Shown here: positions 10,435-19,290 of the stretch, in pieces
Position numbering within the stretch: the first letter of the stretch is position 1
How the letters are laid out: every line of letters begins with the position of its first letter
Assembly: GCA_964514975.1 (NCBI GenBank)
Contig: CAZESS010000028.1
Location: forward strand, 1-19,436
Source: an uncultured Thermoplasmatales archaeon
GTDB lineage: Archaea > Thermoplasmatota > E2 > UBA202 > DSCA01
Reading direction: 5' to 3'
Length of the DNA stretch: 19,436 bases
Program-made: the position numbers and the translations under genes
The notes under the pieces: model-generated
Told to the model about the DNA's origin: nothing
The model's database searches: none
What the model saw: only the letters and a program-made list of their open reading frames with translations

Positions 10435-11611
10435 CATGCGGAAAAAATACGGCTGGGTCATGGACGCGATGTCCAACGCCGGCATGGCCACAAAGGCGGC
10501 CGCATTGAAACAGTTCCTCCGGGGCAAAAAACAGTACCTGCCACAAAAAAACACCAGCGCCGACCTCGACGAGGTCATCAAATGCGCGCTCTGCCCCAAC
10601 ATGTGCAAGTTCGACTGCCCCGTGCTCGCCGCGGCGCAAAACGACGCCACGTCGCCATCGGGCAAGGCACGCGTCGCCTATTTCCTGGAAACCGACCGCC
10701 TTGATACAGATGACGCGGTCGAGCTGATGTACGCCTGCTGCAACTGCGACGCCTGCCAGCAATGGTGCCCATTTGATTTCTCCGCCGGGGACATCCTCCG
10801 CGGCGTCCGCGCCGACCTCGCCGGGCAGCAGCGGGCGCCACCGGCGGCCATGGACCTGCACCGTCGCCTCCAGGAACAGCACGTGCTCCACGACCGACAG
10901 GTGCAGCCCACCGGTGCAACGCAGGGCGACGTCCTCTACTTCATGGGATGCGAGGTCGCCGGACGGCACCCCGCCATCGCCGTCGCCATGCAGGAGCTCC
11001 TCGACGACGGATACACGATGCTCCCCGAGGAATGGTGCTGCGGCGCCCCGCTCTACACCCTCGGGTTCGACGACACCTTCAAAGAGTTCGCCCGGCACAA
11101 CGCCGCTGCTATTCAAAAAAGCGGCTGCAGCACCCTGGTGTGCAGCTGCCCGACCTGCACCCACATGTTCCGGGATATCTATCCATCCATCGGCGTCGCC
11201 ATCGAGGCAGAAGTGCAGCACAGCACCGAGTACCTGCTCCGCCGCGCCAACGAGGGAGCACTCCCGCTCGCCCCGCTCGACCGTACGGCCGTCTACCATG
11301 ACCCCTGCACGCTCGCCCGCACGCTCGAGATAACAGCGGCACCACGGGAGCTCCTCCGCCGCGCTGGCGTAACCATCCGCGAGGCATACTACGCCGGCGC
11401 GGACACGGATTGCTGCGGACGCGGCGGCTCCCTGGGCACGATGCAGCCCGACCTCGCCGCGGCGATAACACGACGGCGCATCCAGGAGCTCCACCGGGCC
11501 AGCGAGACGATCATAACCGCCTGCCCCACCTGCAAAAGCGCCTTCACGGGCGAGAGCGCCCATGTGCAGGACATCACCGAGATACTCCGCGAGGCACGGG
11601 AGCGCATATGA
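10427..11611 (+). CDS. Fe-S oxidoreductase subunit with 2x[4Fe-4S] and two CCG domains (GlpC/GlcF/HdrD-like)
   Basis: CALCPNMCKFDCP, CCNCDACQQWCP, FMGC..WCCG..CPTC and YHDPC..DCCGRGG..TACPTC. SD GGAGGTGA at 10417-10424. Start 10427 or 10436. Confidence 0.85.
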   Translation: MASMRKKYGWVMDAMSNAGMATKAAALKQFLRGKKQYLPQKNTSADLDEVIKCALCPNMCKFDCPVLAAAQNDATSPSGKARVAYFLETDRLDTDDAVELMYACCNCDACQQWCPFDFSAGDILRGVRADLAGQQRAPPAAMDLHRRLQEQHVLHDRQVQPTGATQGDVLYFMGCEVAGRHPAIAVAMQELLDDGYTMLPEEWCCGAPLYTLGFDDTFKEFARHNAAAIQKSGCSTLVCSCPTCTHMFRDIYPSIGVAIEAEVQHSTEYLLRRANEGALPLAPLDRTAVYHDPCTLARTLEITAAPRELLRRAGVTIREAYYAGADTDCCGRGGSLGTMQPDLAAAITRRRIQELHRASETIITACPTCKSAFTGESAHVQDITEILREARERI

Positions 11612-13362
11612 ACGACCGGGCGCTCAGGAAAAAGGTCATGCGGGCGATCCGCCATATCCGGCCTGCCATAGAGGTGTCGGTCGACGACGGCATCATCTCA
11701 CTCGACGGCAACGCATCCTCATACAACGAATACCTCGAGGCAGGCAGAGCCGCGGGGCGCATCGCCGGGGTTGACGGCGTCGTCAACGACCTTTCATATC
11801 CCGGGAAACCCGAGCCATGCACGCCCGAGGGAAACGGCGAGACCGTCGCAACCGCGGACGTGGTCATCGTCGGCGGTGGGGTCACCGGCTGTATGATCGC
11901 CCGGGAGCTCTCCCGCTACGACCTCGACATCATCCTGGTTGAAAAAGAACCCGACGTCGCCTGTGGGGCCACCAAGGCCAACAACGCCATGGTGCACACG
12001 GGCATCGGCGAACCGACGGGCACACTCAAGCAGCAGCTCTGCATAGAGGGCCACCGGATGTACCCGCGTCTCTGCGAGGAGCTCGACGTGCCCTACCATC
12101 AATGCGGCATGTGGATCGTGCTCACCCCTGCATCCTTTACCGGCCTGCCCGTTCCCGCCTGGCTCGCCACCCGGATTGGCAGACACCTGGTTCCCCAGGT
12201 GCTCCTGCGGCGGGCAAAAAAGCTCGGGCTGCCCATGGAACAGGTGAGCGTCGAGGAAGTGAAGCGCAGGGAGCCCCACATCACCGATGACGTCACCGCC
12301 GCCGTTTTTTCGCCGACCTACGGCGTCACCTGTCCCTACCGGCTGACCATCGCCCTGGCCGAAAACGCCGCTGACAACGGCGTAGACATCATGCTCAACA
12401 CAGCGGTGACCGACATCGACATTGGCAACGGCCATGTCACCGGCGTCGTCACCACCAACGGGCGCATCAAAACCTCCTGGATAATCAATGCAGCAGGGCT
12501 CTATGCCGACCGGGTCGCCGAGATGGCCGGCGCCCGCGAATACACCATCCATCCAAAGCGGGGCGCCATCGCGCTGTTCGACAGCCGCCACAATGGCTAC
12601 GTCAACCACTGCATGAGCCTCCTGCGCTTTCCCCGCCGGGAGCACTACAAGGGAGGCGGCGTCATGATCACGGCGGACGGAAACATCCAGTGGGGGCCCA
12701 CCATGATGGAGACCCCCGATCGAGATGACACCGCCGTCACCGCCGACGACCTCGAAACGATATTTGGGAGATACCGGCCGTTGCTCCCCGACTTTCCAAC
12801 CCGGGACGTCATCACCTATTTCGCCGGATTGCGTGCATGCACGTTCACCGAGGACTTCGTCATCCGGCCCGCCCGCCACGTTGAAGGCTTCATCCACGTC
12901 GCCGGCATCCAGTCCCCCGGGCTGGCCGCCGCCCCCGCCGTCGCTGCACGAGCCATCAAAATGCTCAGAGAGCAGGGGCTTGCCCTGCCCGAAAAACCCG
13001 ATTTCGAGCCGCGCCGCCGTCGCCCGCCAGCATTCCACGAGAGCAGCAGCGAGGAACGACAGTGCCGCATCGAACGTGACAGCCGACATGGCCACGTGGT
13101 CTGCCGCTGCGAGCATGTCACCGAGGGCGACGTCATCGCAGCCATCCACCGGCCGGTTCCCGCCCGCACGGTCGACGCGGTCAAGCGGCGGACGCGCGCC
13201 GGGATGGGACGATGCCAGGGCGGCTTCTGCCTTCCAAGGATAGCGGCCATTATTGCCCGGGAGCACGACATCCCCCTCGAAGAAGTGAACAAAAACGGCG
13301 ACGGCTCCTATCTCTTCATAGGGCGGGCGAAAAGCCTGCTGGAGGCCGACCATGCAGGCTGA
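11608..13362 (+). CDS. glpA: FAD-dependent glycerol-3-phosphate dehydrogenase-like protein (GlpA/LhgO family) with N-terminal BON domain and C-terminal BFD-like [2Fe-2S] domain
   Basis: VIVGGGVTG, ATKANNAMVHTG, INAAGLYAD, GIQSPGL and CRCEHVTEG..RTRAGMGRCQGGFC. The first ~62 aa fit BON (IEVSVDDGIISLDG..AGVDGVVNDL). ATGA overlap with the upstream stop. Confidence 0.8.
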   Translation: MNDRALRKKVMRAIRHIRPAIEVSVDDGIISLDGNASSYNEYLEAGRAAGRIAGVDGVVNDLSYPGKPEPCTPEGNGETVATADVVIVGGGVTGCMIARELSRYDLDIILVEKEPDVACGATKANNAMVHTGIGEPTGTLKQQLCIEGHRMYPRLCEELDVPYHQCGMWIVLTPASFTGLPVPAWLATRIGRHLVPQVLLRRAKKLGLPMEQVSVEEVKRREPHITDDVTAAVFSPTYGVTCPYRLTIALAENAADNGVDIMLNTAVTDIDIGNGHVTGVVTTNGRIKTSWIINAAGLYADRVAEMAGAREYTIHPKRGAIALFDSRHNGYVNHCMSLLRFPRREHYKGGGVMITADGNIQWGPTMMETPDRDDTAVTADDLETIFGRYRPLLPDFPTRDVITYFAGLRACTFTEDFVIRPARHVEGFIHVAGIQSPGLAAAPAVAARAIKMLREQGLALPEKPDFEPRRRRPPAFHESSSEERQCRIERDSRHGHVVCRCEHVTEGDVIAAIHRPVPARTVDAVKRRTRAGMGRCQGGFCLPRIAAIIAREHDIPLEEVNKNGDGSYLFIGRAKSLLEADHAG

Positions 13363-14587
13363 CGTCGCGGTCATCGGCGGCGGCCCCGCCGGCCTCGCAG
13401 CCGCCCTGGAAGCAGCGGAGCACGCCGACACCGTTGTCCTGCTGGAGCGAGACAGAGAGCTCGGCGGCATCCTGCCCCAGTGCATCCACCACGGCTTCGG
13501 GAACTTCATCTTCGGCGAAAGGTGGACCGGGCCGGAATACGCGCAGCATTACATCGACCGCGTCCACGCATCAGCCATCGACGTGATGACCGACACCATG
13601 GTGCTTGACATAGCTACTGACAGGACGATCACCGCGGTCAACCCCGCCAGGGGCTTATTCACCGTCAAAGCCCAGAGCATCGTGCTCGCTATGGGCTGCC
13701 GGGAGCGCACCCGGAGTCAGATACGGCTCCCCGGGCCACGGCCTGCCGGCATCTACACCGCCGGGACGGCGCAGCGCCTCATCAACATCGAGGGCATGAT
13801 GCCCGGCCGCCGCGCGGTCATCGTCGGCTCCGGCGACGTCGGCCTCATCATGGCACGCCGCCTCACCTGGGAGGGCGCCACCGTTGAGGGCGTCTACGAG
13901 ATCATGCCCCATTCCGGCGGCCTGACACGCAACATTGTCCAGTGCCTCCACGACCATGACATCCCCCTGCACCTTGGCCACACCGTCACCGACATCGCTG
14001 GCACCAGGCGGGTGGAGGCCGTCACCGTCACCCGGGTCGACGGTGACATGCAGCCCCTGTCCGGCACCGAGCGTAAAATTCTCTGCGACACGCTCATCCT
14101 CGCCGTCGGCCTCATCCCCGAAAACGAGCTCTCCAGAGATGCAGGCATCAGCCTCGACCCGACAACGGGCGGCCCGGTCGTCGACCAGCACATGGAAACC
14201 ACGCAGCCCGGCATCTATGCCTGCGGCAACGTCGTCCACGTCCACGACGTCGTCGACGACGTCACCATCGCGGCGCAGACCGCCGGACGACATGCTGCCC
14301 GGGCAGCCGGCGACCGGCAGCCCGGCCATGCCGCACCGGTGCAGCCGGGCCGGAACGTCAGCTACGTCGTCCCCCAGCGCATCACCGCCGCCGACACCGA
14401 CGTCCGCTTCTACCTCCGGGTGCAACGGGAGCAGCACGACGCCGTGGTCACGGTTTACGGGGACGGCGACCTGCTCCACGAGCAGCGGGAGCGGGTCGTC
14501 CGGCCGCCCGAGATGGTCACGCTGACGATGCCCGCCGAAAAACTCCAGCATATCAAAAACATCAATGTCGAGGTGCACGATGGATAA
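13352..14587 (+). CDS. NAD(P)/FAD-dependent oxidoreductase (pyridine nucleotide-disulphide family), usual GlpA partner
   Basis: VIGGGPAGLAAA, GGILPQCIHHGFG, LAMGCRER, VGSGDVGLIMARR and GIYACGNVVHVHD. SD GGAGG. 11-nt overlap with the glpA-like gene. Confidence 0.88.
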   Translation: MQADVAVIGGGPAGLAAALEAAEHADTVVLLERDRELGGILPQCIHHGFGNFIFGERWTGPEYAQHYIDRVHASAIDVMTDTMVLDIATDRTITAVNPARGLFTVKAQSIVLAMGCRERTRSQIRLPGPRPAGIYTAGTAQRLINIEGMMPGRRAVIVGSGDVGLIMARRLTWEGATVEGVYEIMPHSGGLTRNIVQCLHDHDIPLHLGHTVTDIAGTRRVEAVTVTRVDGDMQPLSGTERKILCDTLILAVGLIPENELSRDAGISLDPTTGGPVVDQHMETTQPGIYACGNVVHVHDVVDDVTIAAQTAGRHAARAAGDRQPGHAAPVQPGRNVSYVVPQRITAADTDVRFYLRVQREQHDAVVTVYGDGDLLHEQRERVVRPPEMVTLTMPAEKLQHIKNINVEVHDG

Positions 14588-14936
14588 CGTCATCTGTATC
14601 GAATGCCCCCTGGGCTGCGAAATATCCGTCGAGCAGCGCAACGGCGAGCTATTCATCACGGGCAACGCCTGCCCCCGCGGCGAACGCTACGCCATGCAGG
14701 AGGCCACCGATTCCCGGCGGGTGCTCACCACCACCGTGTTCATCCAGGGCGCCATGCATCCCATGCTGCCCGTGAAAAGCGCCCGGCCGCTGCCCAAAGA
14801 CCGGATAGACGAATGTCTCCAAACGCTTGCGACCGTGTCCGTGACAGCGCCGGTGCAGTGCGGCGACAGCGTATGCAGCGACATCTGCGGCACCGGCATC
14901 GACATCGTCGCAACCCGGACCATGGAGGCACCATGA
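14580..14936 (+). CDS. DUF1667 family small Cys-rich (CxxCPxGC) metal/Fe-S protein
   Basis: CIECPLGC..GNACPRGERYA..RVLTTTV..LPVKS..GIDIVATR. SD GAGGTG. Overlaps both neighbours. Confidence 0.88.
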   Translation: MDNVICIECPLGCEISVEQRNGELFITGNACPRGERYAMQEATDSRRVLTTTVFIQGAMHPMLPVKSARPLPKDRIDECLQTLATVSVTAPVQCGDSVCSDICGTGIDIVATRTMEAP

Positions 14937-16498
14937 AACACGTCATGGCCATCGACGCCGGCACCACGGGCATCCGTGCCATCATCTTCAACCAGGAAAG
15001 CCAGGCGGTATCGCATGCCTACGAGACCATCACGCTGCGGCAGCCCCATCCGGGCTGGAGCGAGCAGGATCCCCGGGAGGTCTGGGAGACATGCCGGCGG
15101 GTCATGCACACCGCGCTCACCGACAGCGACCTGGCAGCAAGGGACATCGAAACCATCGGCGTGGCCACGCTCCGCTCGACCAACCTGCTGTGGCGCAGCG
15201 ACGGAACCCCGCTTTCCAATGTCATCACCTGGCATGACACCCGGACCGCCGGGCTATGCCGGGAGATGGACGGCCAAGCCACGATACGGGCCGCCCGGGG
15301 GCTGGGCCACGCCGCCAGAGCGCTCTCCCGCGTCTGGCCGGGGCTGCGCCGCGGCCGCACCGCCGGCCGGCTCATCACCGCCTCCCATCTCTCGTTCACG
15401 CCCGCATCGGCGCTGGCGCACACGGCATGGCTGCTCGACAACGTCAACGATGCGCGGTATCTCGCCCGGCGGGATGAGCTGCGCTGCGGCACCATGGACA
15501 CCTGGCTCCTCTGGAATCTCACCGCCGGCGAGACCTATGCGACGGACACGTCGAACGCAAGCGCCACCGGCATGTACGACCCCTACCGGCTGCAGTGGAA
15601 CTCGCTGTTCCTGGACACCTTCGACATCCCCGCGGCGGTGCTGCCCGAGGTCCGGGACACCGCCGACAGGTACGGCCATATCGACAGGGATATCCTGGGG
15701 CGGGAGATACCCATCACCGGGGTGGTCGCCGACCAGCAGGCGGCGCTCTTCGGCGAGGCATGCTTCAAGCCGGGCGAGGTGAAATGCACCAGCGGCACGG
15801 GAACCTTCATCGACATGAACGTCGGCGACTGCCCGGCTGCGTCGCTGCACCGGCTGGTGCCCATGATCGCCTGGAGCATCAATGGCAGGGCTACCTACAT
15901 GCTGGAGGGCATGATAAACACGAGCGGTGCAGCCGTCCAATGGCTCAGGGACAACCTGGGTGTCATCGACCATGTCGACCAGTCATGCCAGATGGCGCAG
16001 TGCGTCGACGACGCTGGAGACATCTATTTTGTGCCGGCCTTCACGGGTCTCTCCTCACCCTACTGGGACCCGCATGCATGCGGCGTCGTCGTGGGATTGC
16101 ATCGCTCCACGCAAAAGGAGCACATCGTCCGCGCCGTCCTGGAGGGCATCGTCTACCGGTGCCGGGACATCATGCTCTCGATGGAACGGGACGCCGGCCT
16201 GCCCGTCCGCTCCATCACGGCCGACGGTGGTGCCTCAAAAAACGATTTCCTCCTCCAGTTCATGGCCGACATGCTCGACGTCCGGGTTGAACGACCGGCG
16301 ATGCTCGACGGCACCGCGCTCGGCGCCGCCCACCTGGCAGGGCTGGCGGCCGACATATGGCAGCCTGACGAGCTCAGACTTCGTCATAGCACAGAGCAGG
16401 TCTTCGAGCCCTCAATGCCCCCGGAACGGCGGGAGCGCCTCTACCGTGGATGGCGCCGCGCCGTCGAAAAATCGTTCCGGTGGCGTCATTCGGCGTAG
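14933..16498 (+). CDS. FGGY-family glycerol kinase-like protein, GK5-like subtype
   Basis: AIDAGTTGIR, GWSEQDP, GTMDTWL, TDTSNASATG, ADQQAALFG, GTGTF, FVPAFTGL..PYWD and ADGGAS. SD GGAGG (14924-14928) and ATGA overlap. Extra basic/hydrophobic segment after WHDTR. Confidence 0.88.
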   Translation: MKHVMAIDAGTTGIRAIIFNQESQAVSHAYETITLRQPHPGWSEQDPREVWETCRRVMHTALTDSDLAARDIETIGVATLRSTNLLWRSDGTPLSNVITWHDTRTAGLCREMDGQATIRAARGLGHAARALSRVWPGLRRGRTAGRLITASHLSFTPASALAHTAWLLDNVNDARYLARRDELRCGTMDTWLLWNLTAGETYATDTSNASATGMYDPYRLQWNSLFLDTFDIPAAVLPEVRDTADRYGHIDRDILGREIPITGVVADQQAALFGEACFKPGEVKCTSGTGTFIDMNVGDCPAASLHRLVPMIAWSINGRATYMLEGMINTSGAAVQWLRDNLGVIDHVDQSCQMAQCVDDAGDIYFVPAFTGLSSPYWDPHACGVVVGLHRSTQKEHIVRAVLEGIVYRCRDIMLSMERDAGLPVRSITADGGASKNDFLLQFMADMLDVRVERPAMLDGTALGAAHLAGLAADIWQPDELRLRHSTEQVFEPSMPPERRERLYRGWRRAVEKSFRWRHSA

Positions 16499-19269
16499 AT
16501 GGCGGGGCGTCCAGGTATAGCGTGACGTTTTTTGCCGCCCGGGTCGGGCGCCTGCTCGTCGTCCGCCTCGTGGACATGCACCGAGGCGTTGAGATGCTGC
16601 TCCAAAAAATCCTGAGCGCCGTCGAGCGCTTTCTTCTCGTCCACCCGATGGTAGGTGGCGCACCGCCGGGCGTCCTCGACGACCGTTTTCGCATATTTCG
16701 GTACCCCTTTTCCATGCCGCTTTATCTCCGGGTCCTGCATCACCCGGCCCATCAGGCCGCCCATGCTGAGCTCGCCTTCATCGGCCAGCGCCATCGCCGT
16801 CTCGGCGACCTGCCATTTCCATGCCGGGGCCGTATAGATGTGGATGTCGGAGGCGTCGATGCCCGTCACCTCCAGGATTTCCTCGACGTCGGCCAGGGTG
16901 TCCCGCACGAGCTGCTCGCCCTGCAGCGCCGCATCGTCGATGTCGCCCGGTGCAGGGAACGACGCCGTTGAAACGAAGCCGTTGCCGCCGATGCTGTCCC
17001 ACATTTCCTCGGCGAGATGGGGGGTGAACGGTGCCATGAGCCGGATCCATTTGTGCAGCACCTGGCGGATGACCTCGCGGTTGGCGCCACCGCGCTTCCG
17101 GTACCACTGCACCGCGTTGTACAGGTCGTAAAAAATGATGTTGGCGGCCCGCCGCAGCTCATAGTTTTCCATGGCCTCCCGTGCCATGCCGACGTGCCTG
17201 TTCACGGTCGCTATAAGCCAGTTGTCTATGGCCTCCGGAGGGCAGTCGAGCTCGAGCAGCCGTTGGTGGAGCTCCCAGAGCCGATTGAGGCGCTGGCGGT
17301 AGCTATAGGCCAGGTCGCCGTCCCATTCGATGTCCACGTAGGGGGAGCCGATGTGCGCGTAGTAGAGCCGCATGGTGTCGACGCCGTAGCGCTCCGCCGC
17401 ATCGGGTATGGGCACGGCGCCTCCCTTTGACTTGGAGATTTTTTCGCCGCTCTGCTGGGTGATCCACCAGTTGACGAAGATGCCCCGGGGCCAGTGCTCC
17501 GGCTCCAGGATGGCGACGTGGTTCATGATGAACACGGGGAAATGGACGGTCTTGTGTTCCTTGCCGCCCAGGTTGATGTCGACGGGATACCAGGCGAGAA
17601 AGTCCTCCCGGACCCGGCGCCATGTCTCGTCGGCCGGATCGCCCGTGCCCAGGAACACGTAGTCAAAAAACTCGAGGGTGAGCTCCTCGGGGTCCAGCGT
17701 GCCGTCGTTGACATATTTGGAGACAACGTAGTAGGCGGGGTAGAGCGTCGAATCCGAGATGGGCTCGATGGTCCAGCTCTCCTTGAAGGGAAACGGGGTG
17801 CCCAGCCAGTCGCCCTTCCGGATGCAGGCCCGGTCGTCGAACCAGTCGAGCACCCCGGGCAGCTCCTCCCTGTATTCCGGGGGATGGATGTTCATGGTTG
17901 CCACGTGGTCTTTGCTCATCCTGGTCAGCTCCTCGTCGCTGTACCGGATGAACCACTGGTCGGGCACCCGCTTGATGATGACCCGTTCGCCGCAGCGGCA
18001 CACCACGGACTTCGAGAACTCCCGCATGATGGCGGCATGGCCCCGCTCCAGCAGGTCGTCTTTCACCGCGTTTTTTATCTCCGACACGGGAATGCCGGCG
18101 TAGCCGTCGCAGCGCTCGTTGAGCCTGCCCTTGTGGAACTCGGCCTTGTAGACCTGCTGCGTCGCCATTTCGAGCTTGTCGTGCTCGTCCTGCCGCTCGA
18201 TGTCCATCTCCTCGACGACGTCCCTGGCGGGTACCTCGTAGCCCTCCACCTCGATGATGACGACGGGCTCGATGTCCGGTGCGGCCTCCTGCAGAGCAAC
18301 GTAGTCGTAGGGGGCATGAGCGGGCACCGACATGACGATGCCCGTCGCTACCTCTGGATCGGCGAACGGCGCCGGCAGCACGGGCACCTCGCGGTCGACG
18401 AGCGGCACCCTGCATGTCCGGCCGACGAGCTCGCTGCCCTGTATGGTGTCGACCTGCTCAACTACTTTGCCGAGCTGGCTGGCGAGCTTGTGGTATCCCT
18501 GCTCTGAGAGCACCCATCGCTCGTCGTCCACCGAGGCGATGACATAGGTTATGTCGGGATGCACCCACATGTTGGTGACGCCGAAGATGGTCTCCGGGCG
18601 CAGGGTCGCCGCCGGCAAAACGAGGTCGTCCATTTGGAACCTGATGACGGTGAACTCGTTGATTTCGGCGTCGCCGCCCTCCGAGATGTCGGTTTCCGAG
18701 CGGTCGACGGCCACCGGCCCGCAGCCGGGGCAGAACGGCGCAAAATGTGGCTTCTGGGTGAGCAGTCCTGCATCCCGCAGCTTATGGAACTGCCAGGTGA
18801 TGAACCGCTTGTATCCCTCTGATACCGTGGTCATCAGGCGTGAGTAGTCTATGAGGAAGCCGAACCGTTTCCAGTAGTCGTCGACATATATTTCGCTGAA
18901 ATACCGGATGACCTCCTCGGGATCGTCCAGCCGCTCGATGACCTCCTCGGGGCATCCGTTGCTCCGCAGATAGGTGAGCATCGCTTCGTCGTTCCGGGCG
19001 ACCTTTTTGGCGAGGCTGACCGCCGGCAGTCCCGAGGCGTGAAAGCCCGCCGGGTAGCAGACCGCGTGCCCGGTCATCCGCTTGTAGCGGGCGATCGTGT
19101 CGGCATACGCGAACCCGCGCATGTGCCCGACGTGCAGAAACCCGGAGATGCCGGGGTAGGCGAAATGAATGAAAAACGGCTCGTCGCCGTCGTCGAGCGT
19201 TGCCTCATAGAGCTTTTCGTCGTACCACCGCTGCTGCCATTTTTCCTCGATGGCGGTGAAGTCTACCAT
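16486..19269 (-). CDS. leuS: Leucine--tRNA ligase, archaeal/eukaryotic type
   Basis: HIGH-like HVGH, KMSKS-like KISKS, CP1 editing motifs AATLRPET and GIVMSVPAHAPYD, EPISDSTLY, C-terminal AIPGRPAIY. Confidence 0.95.
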   Translation of the reverse strand: MVDFTAIEEKWQQRWYDEKLYEATLDDGDEPFFIHFAYPGISGFLHVGHMRGFAYADTIARYKRMTGHAVCYPAGFHASGLPAVSLAKKVARNDEAMLTYLRSNGCPEEVIERLDDPEEVIRYFSEIYVDDYWKRFGFLIDYSRLMTTVSEGYKRFITWQFHKLRDAGLLTQKPHFAPFCPGCGPVAVDRSETDISEGGDAEINEFTVIRFQMDDLVLPAATLRPETIFGVTNMWVHPDITYVIASVDDERWVLSEQGYHKLASQLGKVVEQVDTIQGSELVGRTCRVPLVDREVPVLPAPFADPEVATGIVMSVPAHAPYDYVALQEAAPDIEPVVIIEVEGYEVPARDVVEEMDIERQDEHDKLEMATQQVYKAEFHKGRLNERCDGYAGIPVSEIKNAVKDDLLERGHAAIMREFSKSVVCRCGERVIIKRVPDQWFIRYSDEELTRMSKDHVATMNIHPPEYREELPGVLDWFDDRACIRKGDWLGTPFPFKESWTIEPISDSTLYPAYYVVSKYVNDGTLDPEELTLEFFDYVFLGTGDPADETWRRVREDFLAWYPVDINLGGKEHKTVHFPVFIMNHVAILEPEHWPRGIFVNWWITQQSGEKISKSKGGAVPIPDAAERYGVDTMRLYYAHIGSPYVDIEWDGDLAYSYRQRLNRLWELHQRLLELDCPPEAIDNWLIATVNRHVGMAREAMENYELRRAANIIFYDLYNAVQWYRKRGGANREVIRQVLHKWIRLMAPFTPHLAEEMWDSIGGNGFVSTASFPAPGDIDDAALQGEQLVRDTLADVEEILEVTGIDASDIHIYTAPAWKWQVAETAMALADEGELSMGGLMGRVMQDPEIKRHGKGVPKYAKTVVEDARRCATYHRVDEKKALDGAQDFLEQHLNASVHVHEADDEQAPDPGGKKRHAIPGRPAIYAE

Positions 19270-19290
19270 TGGCAGGCATAACGGCCCTAT

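Noticed and set aside
11794-13509. 571-aa antisense ORF and many other long overlapping ORFs (e.g. 69-980, 2852-3928, 10313-11563, 17494-18507)
   Set aside because: Shadow ORFs expected from high GC3 codon bias, opposite or off-frame to well-supported genes, with no recognisable motifs.
14603-14932. Apparent 110-aa N-terminal extension of the kinase (likewise 11410-11607 for glpA-like)
   Set aside because: Off-frame read-through of the upstream gene. ATGA overlaps mark the real starts.
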